Positions 1 through 48,600 of a DNA stretch of 64,000 bases are shown piece after piece (position 1 is the first letter of the stretch; the number at the start of each line of letters is the position of its first letter). The notes under the pieces were generated by a model. The model had not been told where the DNA came from, did not search any database, and saw only the letters and a program-made list of their open reading frames with translations. Source of the stretch: Chiloscyllium plagiosum (taxonomy: Eukaryota). Where the stretch lies: contig NC_057719.1 of assembly GCF_004010195.1 (NCBI RefSeq), positions 43,587,685 to 43,651,684 of the forward strand, given 5' to 3'. A program made the translations under genes and the position numbers.

Positions 1-193
1 GGTCTGGGAGATGATGGTTTGGTGGTGGGGGGTGGGGTCATGGTCAAGGGGGCAGTAGGAGGAGGTATCTGTGAGCTGGCGTTTGGCCTCAGCGGTGTAA
101 AGGTCGGTGCGCCAAACTACCACTGCGCCTCCCTTGTCTGCTGGTTTGATAGTGAGGTTGGGGTTGCAACGGAGGGAGTGGAGGGCTGCGCGT
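1..193 (-). mobile_element. Penelope-like retroelement RT fragment (runs off window edge)
   Basis: Minus strand translates RAALHSLRCNPNLTIKPADKGGAVVVWRTDLYTAEAKRQLTDTSSY..., containing the PLE-characteristic IKPADKG (DKG) motif. Confidence 0.85.
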
Positions 194-353
194 AAAAATA
201 CACTGAACTGCAATTCGTCACAAGGTTTTGGTCAATTTGGAAAGCCCATGCGAGGAGCAAAACAGTGGTACCTCATTTCTTAACTTTCTATGGTGTGGTC
301 TAACAGGTAATTGATGTGTAAATGCACCAATTACCTAAAATACAGGATATTTA

Positions 354-974
354 TGTCTTGTAATTTACTGTGCAAGTGCTCTTTTAACTTATTATTGCTA
401 ATGTTTGTCTATCAACCTCTTATTCAGAAAATGAGCAAGTGTAACATTTCTTTGTCTAATTTTCAGATTGTGAATTGTAACTTTTCCTTATGATTTTTTG
501 TTTGATCCAATTTTCTTCTTCCCCCACTCCTTTCTTATACCCACTGTTACAATAAATTCTTCATCCTTTGTAGTATTCTTCTCTAATTCTCAATCCTTAA
601 GTCTCATTGTTTGCTGTGGCCTGAGTTGTCCTGTTGATATTACCATCAAGTCTTATTACTACGGTATGCTATGAGATGCACAGTTTCTATTAAATCTGGC
701 CAATTATTTGTTAAAACATCACTAGCTTTCCCTCAACTGCATCAATTATATCATTTGAATACCATGAGATGATAAACTGAAGCTTCATTCACTTTCACTT
801 TTAAAACATATTAATCATTCCTTGGTACTTTTTGTCACAGTGTGAGAGATTTTTCACAATCTGAAAATTAGACAAAGAAATGTTACACTTGCTCATTTTC
901 TGAATAAGAGGTTGATAGACAAACATTAGCAATTATCAAGTTAAAAGGACACGTGCACAGTTAATTACAAGACA
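354..974. repeat. Long inverted repeat, arms 354-474 and 853-974, spacer ~378 bp
   Basis: 394-474 is the exact reverse complement of 853-933 (81 bp); the outer ~40 bp match with mismatches. Confidence 0.95.
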
Positions 975-1081
975 AATTTATTGTCCGTATTGCCGAAATA
1001 ACAATCACTTTGGTTTCTGAATGGCAGTGTTACTTAAAACAACTTTATTTCCTCAATTCGTTTTACCACATAGCTACTTAC

Positions 1082-36280
<35,199 letters not shown>

Positions 36281-36514
36281 CAGGGACAGGCAATGGATTG
36301 GGAGCCACTGAGCAGTTTCTGCAGGGTTTAGACACAAATATAATGGGCCGAATAGCCTCGTGACAATTAAAAAAAACAGAAAATAACCGGGCACACTCGG
36401 CAGATCAGACAGTTTTCAGTGGTCATTAGCCACTGCTTTCAGGGCAGAGTCAAAAAGCAGATCCCCAATTTGCCCCAAAATTGAAGGTTTTTTGAACTAC
36501 AGGTTTGGCCTCTT

Positions 36515-36637
36515 AGGGGAAAGTGAGGACTGCAGATCAAAGTCGTGAGTGTGGTGCTGGAAAAAGCACAACAGGTCAGGCAGCATCGGAGGAGCAGGAA
36601 AATCAACGTTTCGGCAAAAAAACCCTTAATCAGGAAT
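36515..36637 (-). mobile_element. Family-B PLE-terminus copy with mutated hammerhead
   Basis: Reverse complement of the 45869-45993-type sequence; core reads CTGATTA...CCGAAACGTT. Confidence 0.75.
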
Positions 36638-37134
36638 TAATTTAGCCGATTAGGTCCATGATCTATTAGTTACAATACCAACACCGTTTCACGCAATAAG
36701 AGGTACCTGACCTGTTGAGTTTTCCCACTTCTCGTTCTTAACTCTTATGAGAGATTTGGTCACTCAATCACAACATGTTTGGACATAAACAACATAGATT
36801 TATGAAAACGAAAATGGTATTTGTCAAATGTGTTTGTTTTACGAGGCTGTAACTACAAAGACTGGTAACGAGGAGAAACCAACACAATGCTGACACTACC
36901 AGATCTGATGAGTTTCTCCTACATTATTTGTGCTTGTTTCAGATTTCCAGCATCTGCTTTATTTTGCTTCTATGTATGAGGAATCAGGTGTCAAAATTGG
37001 ATTTTCCTAAGACATTTAAGGAGGTGTAACACAATGTTATTATATGAAGGGACCAATAGAAAGCAAAACATCAAACAATTTGAAATTTTCAACCCAAGAC
37101 AGCTGTGGATGCCAATCGTATAAACATATGACCT

Positions 37135-37640
37135 AGAAGCAAGACTTTCAGCTTCTTAAGCCGGCTCCAGCATTTATTACAACCATGGCTGATCTTGGCC
37201 TCAACTCCACTTTCCTGCCCACTCTCCATAACACTTCAATGTTAGATTTAAAAATCTATCTTCTCCTTAAAGTTATGTCCTGACAGCTGGGGTAGTGGAT
37301 TCTACAGGTCTTGACCCTTTGAGAGAAGTAATTTCTCCTAGTTTTAAATCGGTTACCTCTTATCCTAAAACAATGACCTCTCATTCTCGATTGCCCAACA
37401 TGAGGAAACCACCCTCTCCTGCACCTAATTTGTCAAACCCCTCTAGTATCTTGTTTACCTGAATTGTATCACCTCTTATTATTCTAAACTGTAGAGAGGA
37501 ATGCCTAAATTGTCTAATCATCCTTCATAAGGCAAACCCTTTATCCTTGGAAACAATCCAGTGAACCTCTCCTAATCTGCCTCCAATGCAATTACATCCC
37601 TCCACACCCAAGAGGTCCAAAACTGTACAAAGTACATTGG
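37135..37640 (-). mobile_element. Degenerate CR1 3' fragment
   Basis: Similar to 21355-21711 and 23045-23200. Confidence 0.7.
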
Positions 37641-38225
37641 GTGCATTCAAAACAGGAATTAACAGACTTCTGAGGTACTAAAAGAAATAAGGAATTTGGG
37701 ACAATGCAGGAAGGTGGAATTGAGGTATAAGATAGATGATCTTATTGAATAATCTACTTGTATTTTTATTTCTGATGTGCTAAGATTGTTATTAGAGACA
37801 TTGAAAATCTTCTGGGGAAGAGAAGAATTTCCTAACAATTTCTCAAAAAAAAGTATTCCCCCACCCCTTTCTGAACTTAGTGAGTAGCAGTTGGTAAAAG
37901 GTGATGCAAGAAGTCACACCATTGAATGGTTAACAACGATTGGGTCCAATGATGTTTCTTTTCAGTATTTCTTGAAATCTGGCTTATGGAGATTGATCTT
38001 TTTTGGACTGATCTCTTAACATAGACTTAATGCTGTACATAAACTTGAAAATACAATTCTGTTAAAATGTGATAAAAGCTGCACAATACTTTAAAAGCAT
38101 CTAGCTGCCAACAGGACACCAAATGTGATTTTTGTTTTGCACAGGTAGCATACTAAACAAACACTTATTTGCTGGTAACGCACAATACAGAAGACACCCA
38201 GCAGTCTCTTGGGCAAAGTAGTCAG

Positions 38226-38228
<3 letters not shown>

Positions 38229-38273
<45 letters not shown>

Positions 38274-38313
38274 GGGAAGAGAGAGAGAGAAGGGGGAAGA
38301 GAGAGACAGAGAC
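38229..38313. repeat. (GA)n microsatellite and purine tract
   Basis: About 20 GA units followed by GGGGGAAGAGAGAG repeats. Confidence 0.97.
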
Positions 38314-38319
38314 AGGGGA

Positions 38320-38985
38320 ACTAACCTGCCTCATCATAAACACTCCTGTGATGCAATCAGCACACCCCTCAACCCAGTTCACAGGTTCTGTTATCCTGGC
38401 AATGTCTTCTCTAACACCACAATGTTGGATGAAGAAATCACCCCCATCTAAAGCAAGTTCAGCATTCAACAAGCTCATTCATAGGCTTTGGAGAGACCAC
38501 GGTGTTTTGTCTCAAAACAAGGATCAACAGGAAAGGTTTAGAGGAACATAGGCCATATGCTGGCAAAAGGGACTAGATTAATTTAGGATATTTGGTCTGT
38601 ATGGATAAGTTGGACTGAAGATCTACTTCCATGCTGTACATCTATGATTAAGGATGCTAGGCAACAGTTTTCACATACTTCTGTGGCTGAGATAGTTAGC
38701 CTACCAGTGTCACACAGCGACCAGATGCATTCCGTTTTTGCTGTTTAAGATCTACCTGCAATATCAATTAACAGTTTAGAAATAACAGTTCTCACAAGGT
38801 GCTTCATACTTAGCATCAAGATTATGATAATTAGAGCTGGGTTTAGCTGGATTAGCCACGTGGTTCACACAGATAATTCCTACATGCCAAGGGAAATAAT
38901 CCAGTCAGCTATGCACAGGAACCTATATCATAGGGCATCCAGAAAGAGGGAGAGATAAATAACCCTGAAGATTAACATCAAGAAA
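38320..38985 (+). mobile_element. Degenerate RTE-clade LINE fragment, interrupted by a CR1 tail (~38525-38650)
   Basis: FCYPGN..LDEEI / KASSAFNKL.HRLW resembles the RTE post-RT motif FxYLGS..LDxEI..RI.KAS.AF.RL; LSWISHVV downstream. Confidence 0.6.
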
Positions 38986-39029
38986 TCTCTGCCATTAAGC
39001 AACTTCAATATTTGAGGAAAGGCAGTCAG

Positions 39030-40540
39030 TTCATGTTTCTAGACTGTAAGCTTTCATCAGAATTAGATACCATTAGAAATGTAATAGATTTTGAGCAACT
39101 GAAAGGCAACGACTATGAGAGATGAGAGCTAGAGAAATTACATTTGGGTGCTTGACCTAGGGGAGTAATAAATGGACAAGTAAAAAAAAATGTTGAGAGG
39201 CAATGTGAATTGCAGGATCCTGAAAGGCTGTTGTCCAAAACTAAAAGTAAGGGGAATAAGATAAACTCCTCGGAGCGAGAAAAAGAGGCAGATTCTCAGT
39301 TTACTGCAGGTAGAATGGAAATTGAACAGATAATTTTAGAGATAATTTTCAGATAATTTCTGAACCATCAACTGGCCATTTAGTAGAAAACCCAAGAGAA
39401 AATAAGGGAAACAAAAGGTAGAGATGGCATAAAACTGTTGAACACTGAGTTTAGAATGTCACAATCCACAGTTGAAAAAATTGCTACTGTTCCTTATGCT
39501 TCATTAGAACATCGTAGGTCAAGAAAAAAAATTTGAAGCATGTACAAGTTAAAGAATTAAAGTAACATACAACCAGAATTTGGGGTAATGCTTGTGAACT
39601 GAAGTCTTCTGTAAAGCAGTCACTCAATCTGAAAGAAACCCTATTGTGAGCAGTAAATACCGTATAACCAATTGAAATATAACTAGAGGTTTCATCTGAA
39701 AGAAATTTTAGGGTTTTGACTAGTGAGAAAGGAGAAGATAAAGACAGAAAGGGAGGGGCAAATGTAATGGCTAAGGAGTGGAACAGGGAGACGAGGAACA
39801 GCCCTTTCAGTGTGCTGAAAGAAGGGCAGAGGAGTCTTGTCACATCACACTGGAGGTAGTAGAATGGCACAACGAGCATGGGATGGAAGGCAAAGAGAAG
39901 GCAAATCCTGCCATAGTTCTGGAGGAAAGGGAAAGGTCGAGTACTACATCTATTCTAAGATGAGGAGAAAGGAAGATATATCAGATGTACTAGGATTCTC
40001 ATTATTGAAACAGAATCCAATAGGGAGGTAAAAGTGAGTTTGAAAGAGTTAATATTTAGTCTCTGTTTTGGTAGAGGGTGGTACAGAAAACAGCACCATT
40101 ATCTATATCCACTGGTTTGATGACAATGTTAAGGTTGAACCTGAAAGAACAAAGTACTGCAGAGGGGAATAATTTCTCCCTCATTCAAAATTGAAACAGT
40201 TAATGCAACTGTCTGGCATGACAATCAAGAGATCAAGAGAGGGCAAGAATCCTAAAGAAGGAGTCCAGGTGGAGAAAGAATGGAGGAGATAAGGGGTTTG
40301 CGCTTGTGGGGAGCACGCTTGGCCAAAGAAATGGGGCACAGGGTGATATGAACAGTATTGAGCTCAGCTTTATATGGACCTTAAAATTCTTATAGGATGG
40401 AGGCTAATGGTGATGAAACTTAGGCTTTTGTTAAAGACAGATAGATTAGGGGCAAGGAGAGCAGTGTCAGAATTGTGAATAGAGGCAAGGGCAAGATTAT
40501 TAGAAGGGACAAAGTCAAAAGGAAGGGGAAGGGTCAATTG
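39030..40540 (-). mobile_element. Probable highly decayed Penelope-like element
   Basis: Purine-rich strand bias as in 1-193; left end CTTTCATCAGAA is a reversed CTGATGA core. No intact motif was verified. Confidence 0.4.
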
Positions 40541-40829
40541 GGCTGTTAGTATCCAATAAAGTTAAGCTTACAATCACAGTCATACTTGAAAGAAAGAAAC
40601 ACTTTTGCTGAATGAGTAGCTTTAATCAATCCACAAATGTAACCCAAAGCTTCCAGTTGCTGGTCACTGAAATATTCTACTTTTCTTGGCCTCTTGCTAC
40701 CTGGTCTGACCTGTACGTCACTCCAGACCCACAACAATATGATTGATTCTTAACTGCCCTCTGGGCAATTAGGGATGGGCAATAAATGCTGGCCCAGTCA
40801 GTGACGCCCTCACCCCATGAATGAATTTA

Positions 40830-42150
40830 AAAAATAACCTGTCCAGACATGTTATGACAAACCTCTGCAGCGGTGAGACTTGAGCTGGGGCCTTCTGTCC
40901 CAGACATGGGGACACTGCCTTTGTACCACAAAAGCACTCCATCCTCCCCCTCCCAGTTTTCCCTGAGAGACATCAATACTATTCACTTCAACACCCTCTG
41001 CTGGAGTGAATCCCCATCCACTTCCTTCTGACTAAAGAATTCTTCTGAATCTTCTGTTGGATGTCTTGGTGACTGTCTTAACCTGAGAATAGTTTCAGAA
41101 AGTGTGGCAATAATTTTAATGATCTATGCTGTCTTTTGGGGAGGGGGAGAAAAATCAACTCTAATATTCATCAGGTCCTTCCAAAATGATGGTGCTCTCT
41201 TTAGCTTTTATGATTTGTATTGTTGACTGTTGAGTCTTAGCTCAACACAATTCTGTTTCACTGTGGTGTTTTTTTTAAAATTTAACCTATTTTTCTAATC
41301 AACCTGTTTAATTATGTGTGCGCTGGAGCAGACAGGACTTGAACCCCAACCTCCCACTCCAGGGGTTGAGACTCTACTTCTGCACCACAAGACAGCCTCT
41401 TACTGTGGCAAGAAGAGAAAACTTTATTCTTAACAATAAACATCAAAGCTTTGTGTTCCAATGTTGTGGGCAGTCAGTCAGCTGCATTGACTAAAACCAA
41501 ATCAGCTGTAAAGTGGGTTCCAGTGGGTGTGAATGGAATTTGACATGTAGCTGACAGTGATTCTCAGAGATTGAAGGTCCAATCTTAATGAAAAAATAAA
41601 CACAATAATAGCTTTGATCTTTCCAACAGCTGCTGCTGCACAGGTGATTCTGAGATCTGACTCACTCTGCTTTTCATTTTCATTCCCTCTCTGGTCTCAC
41701 ACAAACCTCCTCTCCACCAAGGAGAACAATCCAGCCTTTCTTGATATTTACTGATAAAACTGAAGCTGATCATCCACAAACCAGCATCAAACATCAATCC
41801 TTTAAAGCCTTTTGTAAGATCCTGCACCCAGATTTGGCCCTGATACTCCAGCTGAGGCCACAGTGGACTTTTCAATAACATCCACCAGAACTTTTTTTTG
41901 CTTTTGTGCTTTGTCCCTCTGTTTACTAAGCGAGGGATCCCATATTCTTTTCTAACCACTTTTCCAATCTACCCTGTCACCTTCTACAATTTGTGCACAT
42001 GTACTCACAGATTTCTCTCTGTTCCTGCACCCCTTTTACACATTTTCTAATCAACCTGTTCAGAAATTGTTATGACACACCTCTGAAGCAGATGGGACTG
42101 GAACCTGGCTGTATTTGCCCTAGACTCTACCACTGTGCCACAGCAACTCT
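40830..42150 (-). mobile_element. Three copies of a short tRNA-like SINE (~40830-40935, 41290-41395, 42040-42145) and a CR1 remnant (41590-42040)
   Basis: Shared AACCTGT....TGTTATGACA..CCTCTG.AGCAG..GGGACTTGAACC...TG(T/C)(A/G)CCACA. Confidence 0.55.
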
Positions 42151-44209
42151 TAATTGGCAATGCCAGTGTTCTTTGTCCATTGCTGAGTACCTTTAACTGC
42201 AAGGTTTATTGGGCCATTTCAGAGGGTAGTTGCTGTGAGTCACATGTTTGTCTGACCTGGCAAGGACAGCAGGGCATTGGAAAACCAGATACGGTTTTTT
42301 TCCTGATAACTCTCAACTTCACTTTGAAATTTCATTCATTGAATTTAGGTTCTACCAACGTCTGGGATGAGACTTGAACCTATGTCCTGTGTAAATTAAC
42401 ACAAAACAAAGAACTGAGGATGTTGAAGATCTGAAACAAAAACTGAAATTGCTAGAGAAACTCACTGAATCTGAAATGTTTACTCCATTTCGCTCTCCAC
42501 AGATGCTGCCAGACCTGCTGAGTTTCTCCAGTACTTTCTGCTTTTGCTCCCGAAGATATTACTTAGCTTGGGGTACTGGGTTACTTGTCCAGTGATGCTA
42601 CTGCTACATCACTGACTCTCCCTAGTTCGTAATGCAGGCTAACATTTTTTGAAATAAATCTCTGACTTGTTTTTGAATGAATCAGTAATTGCTCTTGTCT
42701 CCTTTACTAGGGTGCCTGTTCAGTATTTTCTAATCAGTTCTCTACTTGGACAGTTACAGAGATTGATAAATTCTTAATCTCGCAAGAAATTAAGGGGTGC
42801 AGGGAGAGTGTGGCTAAGTGGTGTTGAAATGCCCATCAGCCATGATTGAATGGCGGAGTGGACTCGATGGGCTGAATGGCCTTACTTCCACTCCTATGTC
42901 TTATGGTCTTATCCACATAAGCTCAAGAAACAGCACTTTATCTCAAATGGGCACTTTATGACCTTCTCGACCTAAAATCAAGTTAACATTTAAATTATAA
43001 TCAGTGTCCCACTTCGTGTTTTGTTTTCTTTCCTCATTCCTCTGACCATCCCTTTATTTTCTTTGCTTTTGGAGAGGAGCTTCTTTAGTTCCTGCCTTCA
43101 CTCTTTTCCCGGACACATCTTTTATTTTCTGTCCCATATCCAGTTCTTTTATTTTTGCACAATTAAACTTGTCATTTTGTACCATGCCACCCAAGTGGTT
43201 AGAAAGGTTTTCCCTCCATACTTTTTCTACACTTTTCTTTCAAATGCTCAAAATCCATCACATTTCTCACTTTTCAGAGACACTTTGTAAATTGCTTTTC
43301 TCCTTACAGATACTGCTAAACCTGCTGAGTATTTACAGCAGTGTTTTATTTCAGATTTTCAACATCAACAGTTTTTTTTGGCAGAAATCAATAAATTGAC
43401 CCATTTCAGGTATGACTGAGATATTAATTTTGTCTACCCAGTGGACAATTTCTACCCAAGTGGTCCAAATACATGCTCTCCTCCAAAACTGGTAATGGAT
43501 ACTTAGATACTTTTCTCCATTTCTAATTTATCAAGTTATTTAAACAAAGTATTTAAACATAGCACTCAAATTAGGCAAGATGGAAAATCAGCAATTTGAA
43601 TTATATCTATTTTCTCTCTATTTCTAAGCTGAAAGCAATAATGAATCGTGTTTTATAATATCCAACATCAGAAAAATGACATTTTTATAAGTATTAGATG
43701 AAAATTCTGATAAGAATCAATCTTTTAAAAAATGACCATTATTGTCATGTTTGTATATTGAATCATTTAACAAATTAGCTCCTTGCTACTGCTCAAGTAT
43801 AATATGCTAAACAGATCTCATGCATTTCACCAAGAAAGCTTAAGAACTTTAGAAGGCATGTAGATTTCTTAAACAACTGTTTTCATCAAAAAAAAACGTG
43901 ATGCTTTCATAACATCATCAATTTGGTATTTACATGACTTGCTATACTTGATTGTGAATTCAGAAACTGTAAGCAAACTTTTTGTACATCAAATTCTAAA
44001 AATACAGATTAATTGCTAATGTTAAACTAGAGTTAACATACAAGACTGTTAGCAAAATACACAAAATTTGTACCCAGCTCAAGCAAACAGGTGGTAGGAT
44101 AAAGACATTTTATAAACTTAAATCCAAAAACTCCTTTCAGAAAGAGATTATTTCCATTTGCAAGTTATAAAATAGCTCTTATGCACAAAGCAATTATGAC
44201 ATATAAATT

Positions 44210-45549
44210 TGAATCCATGCATTGAATGTTTTATTTTACATTATTTACAGGTAAATATTACAGAGCTACAATTAATTCATGTTTTTTTGCTACAATTAGT
44301 GTTATTCCACTGAATTAGAGTCTTTAATATGCATGACTAATTTTACATATATGAATAAAATTTGCTGAAAGATCTTCAAAATAACGTGGAGGCACAGATA
44401 ACAGCCTTTCATAGGTTGAGGTAGAAACTGAAAATAGTGACTTAAAGATGTTCACTGCTTGTAACATAAATCATTTTCCAACTTTGAAGTTTAAAGAATA
44501 AATGGTGAAATGGGATGATTTTCCAAATTATTTAAGCCAGAAGATTGTGGAGAATAAAAATTAAAATTATCTTTGAAAAATTTACGTGTTTTATTTCATT
44601 TCATAAACTATGACTGCACGTGTATAAAAACACCTTTGCTATACACTATGTGAAAAGATTAAAATATGAAAAAATTCTAGTGTCGCATCTAAATAGATAA
44701 GCTTTACAAATTAAAAATTGGACAGAAAGTGCTTATATGGTGTCTTTGTACAAAGAGTGTAGGAGTGTAAGGTCGAAATTATATTCTACAATATGCTTCT
44801 GCATACAAACAGCTTATAAAGAAACATTTTCTCCCTTTCAGCCCCAAGCTTCAATAACATAAATGCAACTAAATGACACATTACCTGTTTTTTTCCCCAC
44901 AAGTATATGATCTTTCTTACAATTGGCAGATTAATAAATAAAGTTTTTAAATATTCAATTTAACACTATACTATGGCAGACTTCAAGCTGTACACTCTTG
45001 TAGTGGGTGCATTAAAACTCCTATAAAATTGTTGCAATATTAGGCAAGGGAAGGTTTCCAAAGGCATAGATTTAGTACTCAAAGTAATTTAGACAATATA
45101 CAACACAGAACATTATAAAGCACTAAATTTTGCTGCAAAATATTTATAAAACATAAGGTTTAAGAAGATAGTTATGAGAAAGTGTGGCACTTTAAGAACA
45201 CTGCAGCATATTTTCATTATGAATTACTGTGCTTTTATAATTAGAAATTGGATCGTTCTAAATTCAGTTAATCATAGCTTTTATGAAGCACATTTGACAT
45301 ATCAGATCAACCACACAGTGGCTGAATATCTTAATAAAGCCATATCCAGCTACCAAATTTACTTCTTTGCTGAGAAAATCTACCTCATGATTGAATCAAA
45401 TATTAAAGTACACCAAAAACAAGGCTACAGCAGTCACAGCCGGACTTCTATTTTGTTTATGTTTCCCTCACTGAATCTTCATATTTGGAAACTGTTGTGT
45501 TTGTCCCATTTTAAGGAACAGTCACCGTGATTAAGTTCCTTGGTGTTGC
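44210..45549 (-). other. MAP4K5: MAP4K5 3'UTR (inferred)
   Basis: TE-free AU-rich stretch after the stop codon; AATAAA (minus) at 44590-44595 and 44230-44235. Confidence 0.6.
44230..44235 (-). terminator. Candidate polyadenylation signal of MAP4K5
   Basis: Minus strand reads TGTAAATAATGTAAAATAAAACATTC: UGUA motifs immediately upstream of AATAAA. Confidence 0.6.
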
Positions 45550-45637
45550 TTAGTAACTATTTTCGTGGCCAGCAAGGATGTAGAGATTGCTGTGGGCTGT
45601 AGGATTGTCCGTTGGTCGACTTTCTAGCACTACAACC
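45550..45637 (-). CDS. MAP4K5: MAP4K5 final coding exon ([28 protein letters not shown])
   Basis: TTGCAG| acceptor; TAA at 45552-45550. Confidence 0.96.
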
Positions 45638-48600
45638 CTGCAATAAAAGTAAACCATATAGTTAGGCTTTGTATTTTTCAATAAAATCCTAATTATATTT
45701 ATAAAACATGATTGCCGGAATCAGACATTTTTCTTTCGAAGCAAGTTAATCTACGGTGCAGCAAGATTAAATGGAGTTTTTAAAAAAAAACTCAACTTGC
45801 AAAGGTTCATGAGCAACCCTTTCCTACCCTCATAACCTCCTCCAAGGGCAGGTATCAGTCTGGAATTCCTGAAGGGCTCATGCCCGAAATGTCGATTCTC
45901 CTGCTCCTTTGATGCTGCCTGACCTGCTGCACTTTTCCAGCAACACATTTTTCAACTCTGATCTCCAGCATCTGCAGTCCTCACTTTCTCCTCCTGGAAT
46001 TCACTATAGAATATATTTCACTGAGTCTAACTATATTAAAACCATGTTAGGTTTGCAAGTTTACACCATTAGGTATTCCTGCATCTCTCACTATTTAAGG
46101 GGTGGATAGGTTTTTTCACAATGCCAAAACAATCATTTGCTGAAGAATGCAATAACAGCCTGGTACAACTTATTTTTTGCTTTAACTTCCTGTCAGGAAC
46201 ACTTGACCTATTGATATGCTAAGCATTGTAACCTCCAGGTGACAAACACTACGCAAAGCACAAAAACTAACATTCTTAACAAAAAAGGCAATTTTTCCCG
46301 AGGGCTATGTTGGAATTTGGGATTTACAAAAGTCAATTAATCCTTTTATCCATTCTCACTCATGTTCTGAATTGATTTAAGTGCTAACTCTTATGGTGTT
46401 TATATTTTATTAAGTTAAAGCAGAACTTGAACAGCAATGTCAAAGCACAGCAGTATTATTACCATTTTGCTTTGGGTCAAAGCACACAATATCCAATTGT
46501 GTATTATCACTGGCCATATCTCCTCTGGAGTAATAGGCACACCACTTGGAAAAGATGCTCTCCTCCGCATGCAGCCAGATTGATTCAGTCCAAAGAAAAA
46601 TATTTCATTCTCCACAGACATCTCTCAACTCTTCAGCACAAATTCAGCTCCAAAAAGAGCTGCAGCAATATATGAAGTTGGCTTTCAAATGGAAATTGGG
46701 CATATAATTAAAAGGAGAAATTTTCAAGACACTGGTCAAAGAGTAGGAAAATAGAATGAATTGGACAGCTGTTTCAAAGATACACAATTGTGCAATTCAA
46801 CAAGTCTCACTCTGCTGTGGTTTTGCGTCCCAAATAGAGGAGTACAGTTCACATTCAAAATCGTATAGGGTAGATATAGTTTAAATATATAAATTATATA
46901 TTTAAAATTTGAAACCTCATAAGGAATGAAGACCATATGGTTAATCTTTGATCTGTCAGTTAAAATAATATTCCCATCAAGTTACAAAAGTTTTCAAATA
47001 TAATTATAATTCTATTGAACCTGCTCACATGAAAATAACTGATTTACAGCAATAATTTACACAGTTAAATATTTCTTATAGTGTAAGGGATACTGCACTT
47101 AACATTTTTAAACATTTTAAAGCTATTATTTGCAGTTTGTTCTAATCCATCAAGCAGGAATATTCTATTTATTTCGAATCTCAGCTCAAATCAATTCGCT
47201 TAAATGAGGTATCTAGCTGGAAAATATATAGCTAAAATGTATTAATCTACCAGACTTGAAAAGTTAAATTGTAAAATTTAGATGAAATATATGGATTATC
47301 CCTCATTTTACCAGATATGTATGAAAGTAAACACATTATATATTATGTATGGAACAGTACATCAGTGATAAACCATCATGTCTGAAAGCAAGATAGCAGG
47401 TCAGGAAGACTTGAGCTATAATCATGATCTACAAATGTTTGGCTGTGTAGAAACATTGGAGAAGCCCAGTTCCTATAGGTCTAGACAGGGAAGAGCACAA
47501 AGGTTCCCTAAACAGAGTCAACAGTTCCCTAAACCCAGCAGTTTCAGACTTGAGAATTTTTAAACTACAAAGATGCCACTATTAAATATCATCTCACACA
47601 AGTTATTCACTTTGTTAAAAGTTATCAAACTGTTTGTTTCATTTATTAAATTAAGAGTAATCAGCAAAAAGCAATCCCAGAAATAGAATGTTAAAGAGAC
47701 AGGGTGCAAAGGAGGTTTAAAAACATGTTGCCAAACTGGACTATTTACAAGGAGAGACTGGACAGACTAATGTTGCTTTATTTAAAGCAAAGGAGATGAG
47801 CGGGATCATGATTGAGAAAATTATGAGGGCATTGACGAGATAGACAAGACGGAAGTTTTTCCCCAGATGGAGGGATCATTGACTGGGCAAATAGATTTAA
47901 GGTAAGGGGCAGAAGATTTAGAAAAGATGCGAAGAAAAACATTTTCATTTAGATGGAGGAGGAAGTTTGGAACTCTGTGTGTAAGGGTAGTAGAGGGAAA
48001 AACCCTCAACATTTTAAGAAGCATTTAGATGTGCACTTGTGATACCAAGGCATACAAAGCTATGGGCCAAGTGTTGGAACATAGAATTAGAACAGTTTGA
48101 AGGTTGTTTTTAAAAACAATGGTTCGAAGGGCTTTTTTCTATGTTGTCAACCTCTATGACTCTGTTAATATGTAAACAAAATAGTTTCACTGAGCTCAAG
48201 TTATGTGGCATTTAATCAAAGATTTACAGCAATTAAGTGGTGTAAGTAAACTTGTAAATCATGCAAACTAGGTACTAAACTAGTTCCTAAGCAAACACCT
48301 TGAATGACTTTCTAGTAGTAAATTATAGATTTTATTCTGCACTATGCATTCCTTTTATAGAAAATGCAATTGTTCCAATTCCAGGAGAATGCAAAGGGTC
48401 TGTGAGGAGTGTTTATATAAAATTGCTGTTGCAAGTGTCCAGTTTGTTCAAAAGCAATATCTTTAGGTTTTTTTTGTGTGACTACTTGCAAACACACACT
48501 TAATATGCAAAAAGGCCTGAGGTATACCTTTCAGGGAGCTGCACACATGCAACTTTATGAGAACAGTGATGTTGAATAAGCACTGTAGCTGTTTTATGAC

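Noticed and set aside
1034..1081. Read-through of CDKL1 exon 8 to a stop at 1034 as the true C-terminus
   Set aside because: A consensus GTAAGT donor at 1081 makes splicing to a further exon outside the window more likely; intron retention cannot be excluded.
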